Shown: one piece after another, positions 1-12,668 of the stretch
Numbering within the stretch: position 1 is the first letter of the stretch
Layout of the letters: each line of letters opens with the position of its first letter
Origin: Eledone cirrhosa
Taxonomy: Eukaryota
Reading direction: 5' to 3'
DNA length: 64,000 bases
Assembly (NCBI GenBank): GCA_964016885.1
Contig: OZ024741.1
Span: 384,400,001-384,464,000 of the forward strand
Notes under the pieces: model-generated
Told to the model about the DNA's origin: nothing
Databases searched by the model: none
What the model saw: only the letters and a program-made list of their open reading frames with translations
Program-made: the position numbers and the translations under genes

Positions 1-1022
1 GAGCGACTGACCCCTCTGGTAATTTGATACCTTCTTACCATCCAAATAATTTCAGCTAGAATAGCGTCTCACGCATCCTATCTGCTTACTATAATAGACA
101 TCTAAATCATATGGCTACTGGAGTGGAATGTTATCAGAACGCTCATAACTCCAGTAGCATATAAAAAACAAAAACACCACAACTTTACACCTGCCTGAAG
201 AGAACACGTCAAAGAGTTATCATGCAATCACTTTGACGTCTTCGAAAGACGTATAACATGATTATATAATAAACAGAGGATTTACATTTAAAACAGCTCT
301 CTCTTCTTTATAATGTGAGGGTGGTGGGGTGAATGTCGTGGAGCACCAAAAAAATACAGTGAGATCTGTATAGAATGTCTGGGGACAGATATACTGCTGC
401 TGTCTAAAATGAGCTTACAACCTTGCATGCAAAGCAAACGGCAGCAGTGTCAAACTCCCATATACTTCAATAGGCAACCAAAGAAAGATGGAAAGTTATG
501 GAAAGGGCGGAAACAATGTGGGCTGCAGCAGGTAAAAGAGTTAAAGGATATATATAACAATCAATATAACTTAACATTTATATAAACGAATACGATTTAT
601 TGCTATTTTCAATTGTAACCATGTTTCAAAAAGTCTATGTTGCTATTGTTGTTGTTGGTTAGTCGCAAATCTATACTGATTGAGCAGCCCTATGATCAAA
701 AACGTTGAAGCTACAATCATACAGTCTTTATTTTTCAAGTATTCTATATCCAGAATTACATTATCCCGGATAAATATGTCTCCGTATGGTGTTCTTTAAA
801 ATATATTCTAATTTTGACTCAAGTTGCCCGTATGCTGTTATTCATTTTTTACTCTAAAACTTCATTCCAGACGTCGTCTGTTGATGTAAACTATCTACAA
901 TAAACTTTCACCATTGAATTCTAGCATTCACCATTGAATTATAGACTTGATATTATATATAAAGACATATTGTGTCCATTATCCATCATTCTGTGTGTGT
1001 TTTTTAATATACACACACCCAT

Positions 1023-1122
<100 letters not shown>

Positions 1123-1199
1123 TAGTGAAATAGAGTTTCGGCCGTATTTTTGACTAAGTAAATTAGACTAATAGTTGGAGTTATAAAAGCCCACAGATT

Positions 1200-1366
1200 G
1201 GAAAAAGGATGAGCATTGACGTACATGGGGCACGAACCCACATCTTTGGCTATCATGACCACTGTGTTAACCATTACACCAATACGTCACGTATTTGGTG
1301 TAATGGTTGATAGCCAAAGATGTGGGTTCGTATCCCATGTACGTCAATGCTCATCCTTTCTCCAAT
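1200..1366. repeat. Head-to-head inverted pair of a tRNA-like (SINE-head-like) sequence
   Basis: 1200-1284 is the reverse complement of 1291-1366 (the second arm has a short deletion). Both arms carry an A-box-like TGGTGTAATGG and a B-box-like GGTTCGT. Confidence 0.6.
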
Positions 1367-1408
1367 TGTTAGATAATACAGTACCGAATTTTTTAACAAA
1401 TATATTTA

Positions 1409-1538
1409 TTGGTTTACAATTGTTTCAGAAACTAGATCAAAATTCAATTCATAAAATTTAAAATTGATGATTATATAATCGATAAGAACAGATGATAATA
1501 AAACTGAATGACAGAACTGGCCTCATCTTCAGAACCAA
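1409..1538 (-). ncRNA. Type I hammerhead ribozyme with long stem II, downstream of a Naiad-type PLE
   Basis: Minus strand: UUGGUU-CUGAAGA-U-GAGGCCAG...CUAGUUUC-U-GAAA-CAAUUG-UA-AACCAA. Perfect 6-bp stem I, palindromic stem III, GUA cleavage triplet. Confidence 0.85.
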
Positions 1539-2764
1539 AACGAAAATAAACATAAAATTCAAAAATACATGTCACTGATGGTGGGGACTACAAAAAAAGA
1601 TGAAAGGCAAACCATAACACTTATCATTCGATAAACCGAAACAGAATTAAAATACTTTCTAAAATCAAAGAAGTTAAACGTTTAAATAATGGCTGAACGA
1701 TAAAACAGGAAGTAAGCAGGTTGTAAATAGCAAGGGGCATAAATATGATGGAAGGGAGACTATTTGATAATAAAAGAATTAAAATCTGGTTCTTAATTGA
1801 AGTTAATGTTGATATACTAATGAGATATTTAAAAAAGGATGAGAAGTGTTATTATTATTCATTACGGTAGAATAATAAATAAATATAGGTGTGAAAAGAA
1901 ATAGCGTGCAATATTACTCAAGAGAGTTAATATGAATGGAATCATTAAGAATAAAATAATTAGAGGAACTAATGTATATTTTGACAGGTGGAGCAAAAAT
2001 AAATTATAATATATTATAAAATAAAGGGCAAGATAAAGATAGAAGAAAAAAAGTATAATTATCATATTTAATGACCAAGCTAGGTATACCAGGGTATAAG
2101 ACGTCAAATTATTAGACCAAATAAACACATGATCATCTAGTGGTTGTATTAAGTTTAGTAATGAGGGAAGGTCTAAGATAAGGGTCATACATAGGTGTGA
2201 AGGAATAGCGTAAAGAAGAAAAATAAAGACTAAAAATAAGAAATGACAAGAGGTGTTAATATGTTAAGCTAAGACAAAAAGAGATATATCATTAAGAATA
2301 CTAATTATAAAAATAAAACTTAAAATTTTAAAAAAGGAAAAAGAAAGGGGTTATCAAGAATGTGGTCAAAGAGTATATAATTTGTCACATAAGGATGAAA
2401 AATACCTTGATAGTGAGGGTTAATACCAAAAAGAATTAATACCTAAAGGAAGTGTGTTATAAATAAATAATTATAAATCAGAGTAAGTTAAAAAGAATAT
2501 AAATTTGATGGGGAAGGATAGCAGAGCTTAAGAAAGAAACAAAGAAATCACCTATTAAACTAAGGAAGCGGGAATTTGGAAGAGGAGTTATATATTAATC
2601 TATAAGGTGAGAATAAGGGGGGAAATAATAAAATAGATTTAAAAAATTTTAAAAGAACATATAAAACAAAAAAGGAGAAAATGTATACTAATTATAGTGT
2701 GAAATAAGATAGGTTAGGAGCAAGTCAACTAATAGAATCTAAGCGGGATCAAATACTCTGTTGG

Positions 2765-3395
2765 AGAAAGAGTAAGCTAAACGATGATGGCAATTAATTT
2801 CATTGCGATCATTTGTTTGGTTGGGCTTAGATATAGTTATGAAAAAAAAGCTTCCGATAAACAGAGATCACAATGACCTTTGCAACCATTGTAAAGAGAG
2901 GATGTAGCTAAGATATCCCGAAATAAAGAGTATTCAGTATTTGACAGCTCCAGTTCATTAATATATCTAGCTAAAGACGTAGTAAATTTTAAATTTCTAT
3001 TCTTAAAGGAATATTTATGGGAATTAAAACGAGTCTTAAAGCAGCTGGCAGTAGCTCCAATGTACGTTTTTAGTGTCACTATGGGTGTTAACAGTGCATC
3101 TATATACTACATTATTAGTAAGACAATGACTATCAAGAGGGCAGTTATTAGGATTTCTACAATTACAGTTAAGGTTAGAGGCATTGGAGTTAGTAGATAA
3201 GGGGATAGAACTAGTAAGCGTGTCTTTTGAAGGTGAGGTGATAGGGGAGTTAAAAGAAGACCTATTAAAGTTAGAATTATTAGTATTCAAAGAGTTAAAT
3301 GGTAGAGGATAGATAAACAGACAGGTGGGTACGATGTTTGTTTAGTTTCTTATGGTTACTAAAAGCAATAGGGTCAGCGAGGTTAGGGGTAGTAG
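2765..3395 (-). pseudogene. Naiad-type Penelope-like element, frameshifted GIY-YIG endonuclease region
   Basis: ORFs 3036-3290 and 2837-3079 give CNCRNPNNCPLDSHCLTNNVVY, YIGATASCFKTRFNSHKYSF and CDLCLSE, the CxC-CPL-C / GIY-YIG pattern of Naiad PLEs. Confidence 0.85.
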
Positions 3396-3571
3396 ATAAA
3401 AATATATAAACACAGAATATATAGGACATATCTTACCTTCAAACCCCCTCATGAGCCAGCTGGGCAGATCTTAAATAGAAGAAACCTCAAGCATCCTTAG
3501 GTAGAAATAGAATATTTACTTTGCTGTTACCTCTTTCTTAACATCCTTAGGTAGAACTTTGTATGTTTTCA

Positions 3572-4492
3572 TCTATATTAATAAAGCTGACGGCCGTATG
3601 CATGTAACAAACTTTTGGCAGAACGGCAAAACAGCACCAAATTTGCACCATAGATATAACTTTTGCCAAGAAAGAAAATTAGGGTATTTTTGTATACTAA
3701 ATTTCGTTATTATTGATTAAAGATATTTTGTTTATCTAAAGATACACTTCTTTAAAATTTTCAAATGTCAACACTTCCGGTTAGCGATCGCTTAAATAAA
3801 AATTCATATATTTTGCAGTTTATATATAATATCGTCTTTTTTTTAATGTATCATGGATTAAATGTTTGTGTATATTGTCAATCTCTATCTATATTAATAA
3901 AGCTAACTACATTACTGGTACTTTATTATATATAATATATAATATATATAAAACGACATTCCTCTCTCTCTCTCTTTCTTACTCAGTCTTTTTAGATAGA
4001 TACATAGCTATAACGTCGCGCGCTTATAATATCTGCTTGTATGTCTGCCTGTCTGCATTGACTTCGCTTCTAACCACAACTTTTAATTAATTATATATAT
4101 ATAATTATATATTCGCGTACATATTTCAACAGTAATACTGTACTATATATTTTCAACAGTAATACAATACTATATATTTTCAACAGTAGTACTGTACTAT
4201 ATATTTTCAACAGTAATACTGTATTGTACTATATATTTTCAACAGTAATACTGTGCTATATATTTTCAACACTAATACTATACTATACTATATATTTTCA
4301 ACAGTAATACTATACTATATATTTTCAACAGTAATACTGTACTATATATTTTCAACAGTAATACTATACTACACAGACGGCTTATCGTCTGTTTATCCAA
4401 GCGAAGCTAGGTACGTCAGCTATATATATATATATATGGATGCTGTAGAACACGCCAATGATAGCCGGGCGCCAGCCGGACGGGTCAGCTAG
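3572..4492 (+). mobile_element. Non-autonomous Helitron-like element
   Basis: A|TCTATATTAATAAA 5' end; GC-rich subterminal segment (ccgggcgccagccgg) then CTAG|T at 4489-4493; no TSD. A second 5'-end-like motif near 3887. Confidence 0.65.
4120..4370. repeat. Minisatellite, unit about 27 bp (tatatattttcaacagtaatactgtac)
   Basis: About 9 tandem copies, directly visible. Confidence 0.9.
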
Positions 4493-4836
4493 TTAGTGAA
4501 TATTTTCTTTATTGTAAACGTTTCCTAAACTTCCTTAGGAAAATTTAGAATACTTTTATTTTTGCTAAACTATACATATTGCCCAATGGAACCGGCCGAA
4601 CAAATAGCTATGACACTTTACTAGACCTATTATTCATAGTTTAACTATAGAACTTTAGCTAGCTTACAACAGTATGAGATATGAAATGATTAGTACCATC
4701 TTTAAGATTAAGGGTAGATTTGTGGGTGTTTGAAACCAAGTAAACTAGAAAAATAAGTAAATTAAGGAATGAGGCGCGCTTTCGGGCCATGGAGCAATCG
4801 ATAACTAGATTTCTCTATGACGAGGAGAAATAGTAA

Positions 4837-5771
4837 TCTATATATATAAAACTGAGGATGTCTGTCTGTGTGTGTGAGTTTGAATCCCTAAAACTCGAGA
4901 ACCACCCAACCGACTGTTTTCAAACTTTACACATGTAATACTTATGTTTCAGGGAGTGTTCTGAGCAAAACAAATTTTAAATTTTCAATGCCATAGGGAC
5001 CGCATTAGGCGATTTAGCGATCTCTCTCTATAATTCTTAGTCTTTCTCTTTTTAGATAGATACATACATATAACGTCGCGCCATTATAATATCTGTCTGT
5101 ATGTCTGACTGTCTGCATTACGTCACTTCCCTGAGGATGTCTGTGTGTGTGTGTGTGTGTGTGTGCGTGTGTGTGCGTGTGTGTGTGTGTGTCTGTGAGT
5201 TTCAATCCCTAAAAATCGAGAAGTACTCAACCGGCTTTTTTCAAACTTTACATGTGTATTACTTATATTTCAGGGAGTGTTATGCACATAAAAAAATTCA
5301 ACTTTTTGATCCCCTAGAGCCCGCATTAGGTGAAAAACTGCGTTTGTTCAGGGTTTTTAGGGGTTTTTTTAGTCGTTACGTCAGACTGATTTCCTTGAAA
5401 TTGTAATTATGTATTAGTCAGTCTCTTCTTCATAACGTGAGCAAAGAAAATCCAACTTTTTTTATGGCCTAGGGCCCGCATTAGGTGAAAAACTTCATTT
5501 TTTTCAGCTTTTTTGAGGCGTTACGTCTAGCCGATTTTCCCGAAATTTCAAGGCATATTATGCACATAAAAAAAATTCATTTTCTTGATCCCCTAGGGGT
5601 GAAAACCTGCATTTTTCCTGCTTCATCGAGGAAAATCTTAATGATTATCCAGCCATCAGAGTATTCGGTTTATTTTCTTTACATATTATCCACGCATGCA
5701 GTTTTTCCACGAATAGGTCTGTTGGCGTTCCAAAATACATTATCCCCTGCAACGCCGGGTACCACTGCTAG
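4837..5771 (+). mobile_element. Non-autonomous Helitron-like element
   Basis: A|TCTATATATATAAAA start; ccc...ggg subterminal hairpin then CTAG|T at 5768-5772; internal duplication (4852-5010 vs 5131-5330). Confidence 0.7.
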
Positions 5772-6254
5772 TAAATTATAAATGCTTAGCTTTTTAGCAA
5801 ACTGTAAAGATAAAGCAAACAACAAAAACATAAATACCCTTTGACTTATATACGCTGAAATTATATTTTCTCGCGTTGGTTTTCTTTCTTGAATTGAAGT
5901 TTAGCACAATAACATTTCTACAGATTGGAAATAGTTGATAAAGATTAAATCTCTCTTAATAGCGTGTGTACGTGCCTGACTGTCTTAACACTTTCAGGTC
6001 CATTAGTCCACCGACCCATTCCTCTTTCATTTTAGCATGTCTAGCCCCTCGCCGCCAAGAATGTAATAAATAAAATACTCGGCATTTAGTAGGACTATAC
6101 CAGCCATTTGATCTAGGGTAACCCCCACCTCCCACCCCCAACACACACACACACAGAGATCACTCACCACACCCGGGAAAAACCAAAAAACAACAAAATT
6201 TTAAGATTCTTTTGGATGTTTTTTGCTTTGACTGTATGCCCATATATGGACTGT

Positions 6255-6350
6255 ACCCCTTGATAAGTTCAACTAGATTCCCGCCGTTCGAATACCGGCG
6301 ATTTACTACGGATCTAGCTGTCGAAAAGGCCGAAACTCAGCCGCCGGAGT
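6255..6350 (+). ncRNA. Type I hammerhead ribozyme, U3-A8 core variant (decayed copy)
   Basis: ACCCC-UUGAUAA-G..CAACUAGAUUC...GGAUCUAGCUG-UC-GAAA...GCC-GGAGU. Homologous to 40124-40220 and 42197-42293; cleavage triplet mutated to GCC. Confidence 0.7.
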
Positions 6351-6633
6351 CCTGCATCTTTTCATACATATGTATATATATATATATATATAAATACATA
6401 TACTCACACACACACATATATATATATATACATATAGAAAGAGAGAAATAGATGTGTGCGTGCGCGCGCGCGTGTGTGTGTGTGTGTGTGCGTGTGTGCG
6501 TGTGTGATTTCTAGATGGCTAGAACAGTTTCATTCGTATGAAATGTTTAGGAATGTCCTTGGAGGTCATTCCTATATGTATATATCTAATAAAGGTGCCT
6601 ACTCTACGTATTCAGTACACAACTCGAGGACTT

Positions 6634-6733
<100 letters not shown>

Positions 6734-6937
6734 CGTTTCTGAATTTGTTTAGCAAGATTCTTTATCTGAAAACGTGTGTTGAAACCGATATTGTTATACT
6801 TTGGGAGAGTCATGTTGCCAATAAGAAACACACGCACCAGTTGCTGTCACTTCAATTTATTATAATAAATTTATAAATTTAGGAATTTATAAATTTCCTG
6901 TTGGTTGGTTCCACAACCAGATGATTGTTTATATATT

Positions 6938-6980
6938 GTCAAAGTTCTTTCGTCACGCATTCTGTGACCTCTTCAGTGAC
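6938..6980 (-). ncRNA. Minimal type I hammerhead ribozyme in PLE pLTR
   Basis: GUCA-CUGAAGA-G-GUCAC-AGAAUGC-GUGAC-GAAA-GAAC-UU-UGAC. Confidence 0.85.
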
Positions 6981-7179
6981 TGGGGATTCTTTTCTTTGTT
7001 TTTGTGCCTCTCCTTTGTTCTGTCCTACACCAATTTGTTTTTGTGTGCGATGTGTGCTTAGTTTGCGCATGTGTTACATCCGGGTGTCTGTGTGTGTTTA
7101 TATTTCTTTATTTATTTGTTTATTTACATGTTACTGGTTGGTTGTTTGTTCTATGTGCGTGTGTGTTTTCATTTTGGCC

Positions 7180-7842
7180 TTAATTGTAAGTTGCGATGTT
7201 GCTGTTCCATTCATGTTTTCTATTTAATTTTGGTTGGAGTTCATTTATGTTTATTGCCTCTGTGATTTGTCTAAACATTGCGTCTTTTCTGTGTGTAGAT
7301 TCTATTTTTATTTCTATGCTCTCTAATTTACCCTTATGTTCTATTTTAGCATGTTGGTAGAGTACAGATGATTCTTTACTATCTTGAAGGTCTCGCCAGT
7401 GTTCATTTATCCGTTCCCCTATACTACGAGCTGTCTCACCTATGTACACTATATTCTTATCTCTACATTGTCCTTCAGTACATCTTATGCTATATACTAC
7501 ATTTCTAGTTTTACAGTTAATATGGAGGCTTAATTTACAGATTATACATTTCTTATCTATACAGGGAGGTCTTTGAAAAGGGTATGTATTGCTAATAAGT
7601 GTTTTTATGGAGGTACCTGGTCTTTCTACTATCTTAATATTGAGTTTATGTTTATCTAGGGCCCTTCTAAATGTGTAAGCTAATTCACCTCTTGGAGTTG
7701 TATCGATGAACATTACACTCTGGTATTTATTGCTATCATACCATGAGTTTATTCTATTAACCTTATTCCTAGTTCTTTCTATTCTATTCCAAAATGTGCT
7801 CCTATACAAGGGGCAGGTCCCATTTGTGTCATTATTTACCAT
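7180..7842 (-). pseudogene. PLE C-terminal GIY-YIG endonuclease fragment (frame open)
   Basis: ORF 220 aa with CIDKKCIIC...NVVYSIRC...YIGETARSIGERINEH...RQITEA...LN. Confidence 0.9.
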
Positions 7843-7903
7843 TTTATCCCATTTGGTTCTGGCTCCTCTATATACTCTGATTTTAAAACCAGAGTATATA
7901 GAG

Positions 7904-7993
<90 letters not shown>

Positions 7994-8000
7994 CTCTATA

Positions 8001-8283
8001 TGAGTCCAGAATTAGCCGTCGAAACGGCTTGAGCTCAGCTGTCGGGGTCTTACTGGTTCCTATTATCCACTCTACTACCTCAAGTATTGAGTACTTTGGT
8101 GCGTTATGGTCCACCTGGTTCCTTACCACATTTCCTTCGTTATCTAGCTCCTACCCCCGTAGTAGAGCACTTTCCGACCCTACCACGCCGTATCCAGACT
8201 TTTACGCTAAGCCCAATTCATTTCACCTGTCCAGAATTAGCCGTCGAAACGGCTTGAGCTCAGCTGTCGGGGTCTTACTGGTT

Positions 8284-8286
<3 letters not shown>
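8001..8286 (+). mobile_element. Two tandem Naiad pLTR fragments carrying the 3' half of the U3-A8-family hammerhead
   Basis: gtccagaattagccgtc-GAAA-CGGCT-tgagctc-AGCTG-TC-GGGGT occurs at about 8004 and 8229; same family as 42249-42305. Confidence 0.75.
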
Positions 8287-8372
<86 letters not shown>

Positions 8373-8442
8373 AGTTAAGAACTCAGGGTAGTCCCTTACA
8401 ATTAAATAGCTCTAAGAAAAAAGCTTTTCCGAGCCGTACAAT

Positions 8443-8956
8443 ATAATTGAATAAACAAGAGAGATGAACACTAATATAAACATACATGTGTTCGAATCGT
8501 AAGGACTAAATTTGGTAGGGTGAAAAAATACTAACTACAGTAATATTGTTTGTTATCCTTAACAGCCAGGCTGCTATTTTTAGCGGCAGAGAATTTCCAG
8601 ATAAGCTGGGTTCCGATTGACACGTGCGATAATTCATATCGTACACAATTCATTCTCTAATATTTTTAGAAGTGAAACGATCACTAATTTCTCAACAACT
8701 ACTGAGGAGCAGAGAAACGTAAGAACATCACTTAATAAAATGTTGCGAAACAGTCTCCAACACTGTCTAGTTGTTACCAGGCATTTTTGCCCAATATAGG
8801 TCTGTTATTTTTCTTAATTTTTCTTAATTTAATATTTAAAGTTAAGGATAACAAACTATATTGCTGTAGTTAGTATTTTTTCACACTACCAAATTTTGGT
8901 CCTTACGATTCGAACACATGTATGTTTATATTAGTGTTCATCTCTCTTGTTTATTC

Positions 8957-8962
<6 letters not shown>
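8443..8962 (+). mobile_element. Non-coding HHR-containing element with inverted terminal copy (pLTR/retrozyme-like)
   Basis: 8443-8563 is an inverted copy of 8841-8962; an HHR lies between; right end abuts (TA)n. Confidence 0.7.
8694..8775 (+). ncRNA. Canonical type I hammerhead ribozyme
   Basis: AACAACUA-CUGAGGA-GCAG...UUGC-GAAA-CAGU-CUCCAAC-ACUG-UC-UAGUUGUU. Perfect 8-bp stem I, 5-bp stem III, GUC site at 8765-8767. Confidence 0.9.
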
Positions 8963-9020
<58 letters not shown>

Positions 9021-9474
9021 TTTTTCAAGAATATTATCATTTAGATATGAATATGTTAACTTTTTTTGTTATTTTATTCGTTTCAATATATCCGATATCC
9101 TATTCACCTGATCGTTAAATTATAATATTTTTTCAGTAGATCGACTTAAATTATACTAAAAAATGTCATCCTTCATTTCTTTTTTATTTATATTTTTATA
9201 GTTTCTTCGTAGCATATTTGCAATTATTTTACAACCAATGTTCTTATGTTCCCTCTTCAAAGTTTTGCACATCCTTCAATAAATAGAATTTCCGTAGTAA
9301 ATTTTTTTTTTTTTTTTTTTTTTTGCCTGCACAAGTGTTCTGCATATTTCGATGACTAAAGGAGGAAGTTTATTTGAATTTTACATCATTATTAATATTC
9401 CCAACCAATATTCACTTCTTTTCTAATTCTTTTTCTCTCTAACATTGACAAAAGTCCACCGATTTGGAAGACAA

Positions 9475-9650
9475 GAGAAAGTTGATTATATCGACTCCAG
9501 TACTTAACTGGTACTTTATTTTATCGAGCCGCGGAAGAATGAAAGGCAAAGTTGACCTCGGCGAAATTCGAACTCCAAATGTAGAAAGTGGTTAGTAAAT
9601 ACCGCAAAGTATTTTACCCCGCGCTCTACTGGTATTGCCAATATACCGCC
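9475..9650 (-). mobile_element. tRNA-derived SINE (octopod-type), diverged copy
   Basis: Core ctggtactttattttatcga...gaatgaaaggcaaagttgacctcggcg...gaactc shared with the other SINE copies. Confidence 0.8.
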
Positions 9651-9939
9651 ATACACTTCTTATAATTGTTAACAGTTGAAATAGAATAGAGTGGAATGGA
9701 CCGGCGACTGTTTTGATGATAAATATTCCAGTTTTTCGATCAATGGAAAATTTGCTTATGAAATTAACGAAATGGCTGAATATTCTGCAAGAATATTCTC
9801 AGAAAGATTCAGCCTGACACTGTGTGGTAAGCCTTGTCCTTTGAATTACAAGTCCAGTCCGGTATTGCAAGCAGTTGCCGTCTAACAAATTTCATTCATA
9901 TTTATATGGTTCTGAAATAAAACACATCAGAGAATTTTG

Positions 9940-10500
9940 GTTTCTTGACAGTATAGTATGAAAAGAATCAGAATACGTGAAAGGCGGTTCTCAACAGCAT
10001 CTATAGTATTTAGGAGACTAAGAGACACGATCTGAAATAGCTTAGATATCAGTCATCGAATCAGAATTAGGCTGTCCACACAATTGCATTCTACGCTCTG
10101 GGAAGATATACGCTAAAATATGAAGATATTCACAGGCTAAAGATTTATGGAATAAAGCGTTTATGCTTTATAATATTGTTTCTGATTTAGGCACAAGGCC
10201 AGCAATTTTGGGAGAGGGGAAAGTCAATTAAATTGCCACCAGTGAATTACTGGTGTTTTATTTTATCGACCCCGTAAGGATGAAAGGCAAAGCTAACCTC
10301 GGCGGGATTTGAACTCAGATCGTAAAGGGGCGTAACCCTATGCTATAAAGCATATTGTCCGACTCTCCACCGATACTGTCAATCTATGCTTTATAATATT
10401 GATATCACTACAGAGAGCAGTAGAAATATTCTTCACATGATATAACATTTCTAGGGTAATGAGAAACAAACTGAAATGGTTTAACCATATAATAAAAAGA
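9940..10500 (+). pseudogene. Degenerate RTE-like LINE RT C-terminal fragment, split by a SINE
   Basis: Translates as RRFSTASIVFRRLRDTI*NSLDISHRIRIRL, later ...RNKLKWFNHI; many stops. Confidence 0.45.
10173..10385 (-). mobile_element. tRNA-derived SINE
   Basis: Matches the full SINE copies at 21117-21303 and 61301-61490. Confidence 0.85.
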
Positions 10501-11168
10501 TTGCTTACTTAGCACCGGAGTTCCGCCAAGGCGTCACAAATTCCTGACCATAAGGTGGATCTCTTAAGAGGCGAACCACTAAGATTCATAAATATATAGT
10601 GTTACTTTTCACAAGAGCGGATGTAAGAGTATACGATGGAAGTGAGGGGTAGTAGTAGTCCAATTAAAAGGAGAGGGTGACATGTGGATGCATTAGTTTA
10701 AATTTATTTTGTCATAAAATCTAAACCGCTTAGAAAAAAAAGAAGACAAAACCTAACCCTTACTTCATAACCCAACCACGCAGCAACAACGCGGGTATCC
10801 CAGCAACAAACAAAAAAAGAAGAAATCATCACCCCACCCCCCACCCCCGGATGGACATTACAATCCCACCCACCCACCACCCATAAGGAGATACCAGCGA
10901 AATTGTTATTCTTACAATCCTTTTAACAACCATGCCCAACAAACCGATACCACACGATATAATTATCAACGAAACACCACATGAAATATAGGGACATACA
11001 ACCGTACATTAAATATAGAGACGCTCTAATCAACCCACAACCGCGAACCCGAGCCATAAATCACAACAATAGGGAACAACACAACCACAGGAAACAACTA
11101 AGCAACAGTAACCGACCCAACTATATTAATCATTTTTTAGACCCAGTACACAGACACAGGGAAACGAG

Positions 11169-12623
11169 ATGACACAAGATGTACAGGAGAGACCAAGAGT
11201 AATAAATGTCATCAATTTAACTATCAAGGTCTTCGAAAGAATAGTTCGTGGAAAACTGGTTGAGTTCCTGGAATCCAACAATCTGATGAATTGCAACCAG
11301 CATGGATTCAGGTTAGGTAGATCATGTCTTTCCCAACTACTGGCACACCATGATCAAATCCTAGAAAATCTAGAGAATGGATACAACACAGATGTTATTT
11401 ACCTCGACTTTGCCAAGGCATTTGACAAGGTAGATTATGGCATCCTGGGACACAAACTTCGAAAGCTAGGAGTAGGAGGAAAAGTTGGTACATGGATACA
11501 TGAGTTCCTTACAAATAGAACTCAAACAGTAACTGTGAATGGAACCCATTCAACACCATCACCTGTGACCAGCAGTGTTCCTCAGGGTACAGTACTCGGC
11601 CCGATCCTGTTTCTCATCCTCATCTCTGACATAGATGAAGATACAACCAGCAACGTCTCATCCTTTGCTGATGACACCAGGGTCATGAGACAAATCAAAG
11701 ACGAGGTGGATACAGAGGCCTTACAAAAGGACCTGACCACCATATACAAATGGCAGGAAAGAAACAACATGTTGTTCAATGATAAGAAGTTTGAACTAAT
11801 TCGCTACGGAACAGATCAAGATCTGAAAAATACAACAAACTACAGAAACCCATCAGGACAACAAATAATGGAAAAACAGTGTGTGAAAGATTTAGGCATC
11901 CACATGGGAACCAGCCTAAAATTCAGAGAACATCTTGACTCAGTCTGTCTTACTGCAAGAAAGTACAGCGGGTGGATCTTGCGCACCTTCAAATCAAGAG
12001 ATACCTCAACAATGAAAACCCTCTGGAACAGTATGATACTTCCGAGGATTGACTACTGTTCTCAGCTGTGGTCACCAACAACAAAGGGCCAACTATCTAA
12101 GATGGAATCGCTCCAAAGAAATTTTACCTCATACTTCTCAGAAACGAGGGACCTGGACTATTGGCAAAGACTCAAAACCTTGAAGATGTACTCAATAGAA
12201 AGAAGATTTGAGCGATACCGAATTATATACATTTGGAAAATGATAGAGCAAAAGGTGCCAAACTTTGGTATCAAAACCTACCACTCACTGTGCCACGGAA
12301 GACGCTGCCAGCTACCACCAATCAACAAAAAGGCTGGCCAGGCAGCAAAAACCCTGCGAGAGTCAAGTCTGTTGGTTCGAGGGGCACAACTATTCAACTC
12401 CATTCCGGTACATGTCAGAAATCTATCAGGATGCAGTGTGGAATCATTCAAATTGCAGCTGGATAGATACTTAAGCACCATTAGAGATGAACCCCATCTC
12501 CCAGGATATACACAACGAGCACAAACTGACTCAAACTCGCTCCTACACATGTCAAAATTAAACAGAGAATACAACCTGGCAACCACACCAGACTCTGAGG
12601 GTGGAGTCTTCGACTTGGCCTGA
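11169..12623 (+). CDS. LINE reverse transcriptase domain fused in frame to 18 codons of the host PLE
   Basis: 484-aa ORF; first 18 aa (..VINVINLT) are PLE-derived, the rest is CR1-type RT with no stops. Confidence 0.75.
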   Translation: MTQDVQERPRVINVINLTIKVFERIVRGKLVEFLESNNLMNCNQHGFRLGRSCLSQLLAHHDQILENLENGYNTDVIYLDFAKAFDKVDYGILGHKLRKLGVGGKVGTWIHEFLTNRTQTVTVNGTHSTPSPVTSSVPQGTVLGPILFLILISDIDEDTTSNVSSFADDTRVMRQIKDEVDTEALQKDLTTIYKWQERNNMLFNDKKFELIRYGTDQDLKNTTNYRNPSGQQIMEKQCVKDLGIHMGTSLKFREHLDSVCLTARKYSGWILRTFKSRDTSTMKTLWNSMILPRIDYCSQLWSPTTKGQLSKMESLQRNFTSYFSETRDLDYWQRLKTLKMYSIERRFERYRIIYIWKMIEQKVPNFGIKTYHSLCHGRRCQLPPINKKAGQAAKTLRESSLLVRGAQLFNSIPVHVRNLSGCSVESFKLQLDRYLSTIRDEPHLPGYTQRAQTDSNSLLHMSKLNREYNLATTPDSEGGVFDLA

Positions 12624-12668
12624 GCATGGACTCAAACTCAAATGAAATGAAATGAAATGAAATGAAAT
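11223..12668 (+). mobile_element. 5'-truncated CR1-group LINE with (AAATG)n tail
   Basis: Uninterrupted RT frame (QHGFR, YLDFAKAFDKV, SVPQGTVLGP, FADD, KDLG, IDYCSQLWSP), short 3' UTR, microsatellite tail at 12640-12668. Confidence 0.9.

Noticed and set aside
188-256. HHR-like CTGAAGA-long hairpin-GAAA
   Set aside because: Core and stem II are good, but stem I and stem III cannot be paired; at best a decayed copy.
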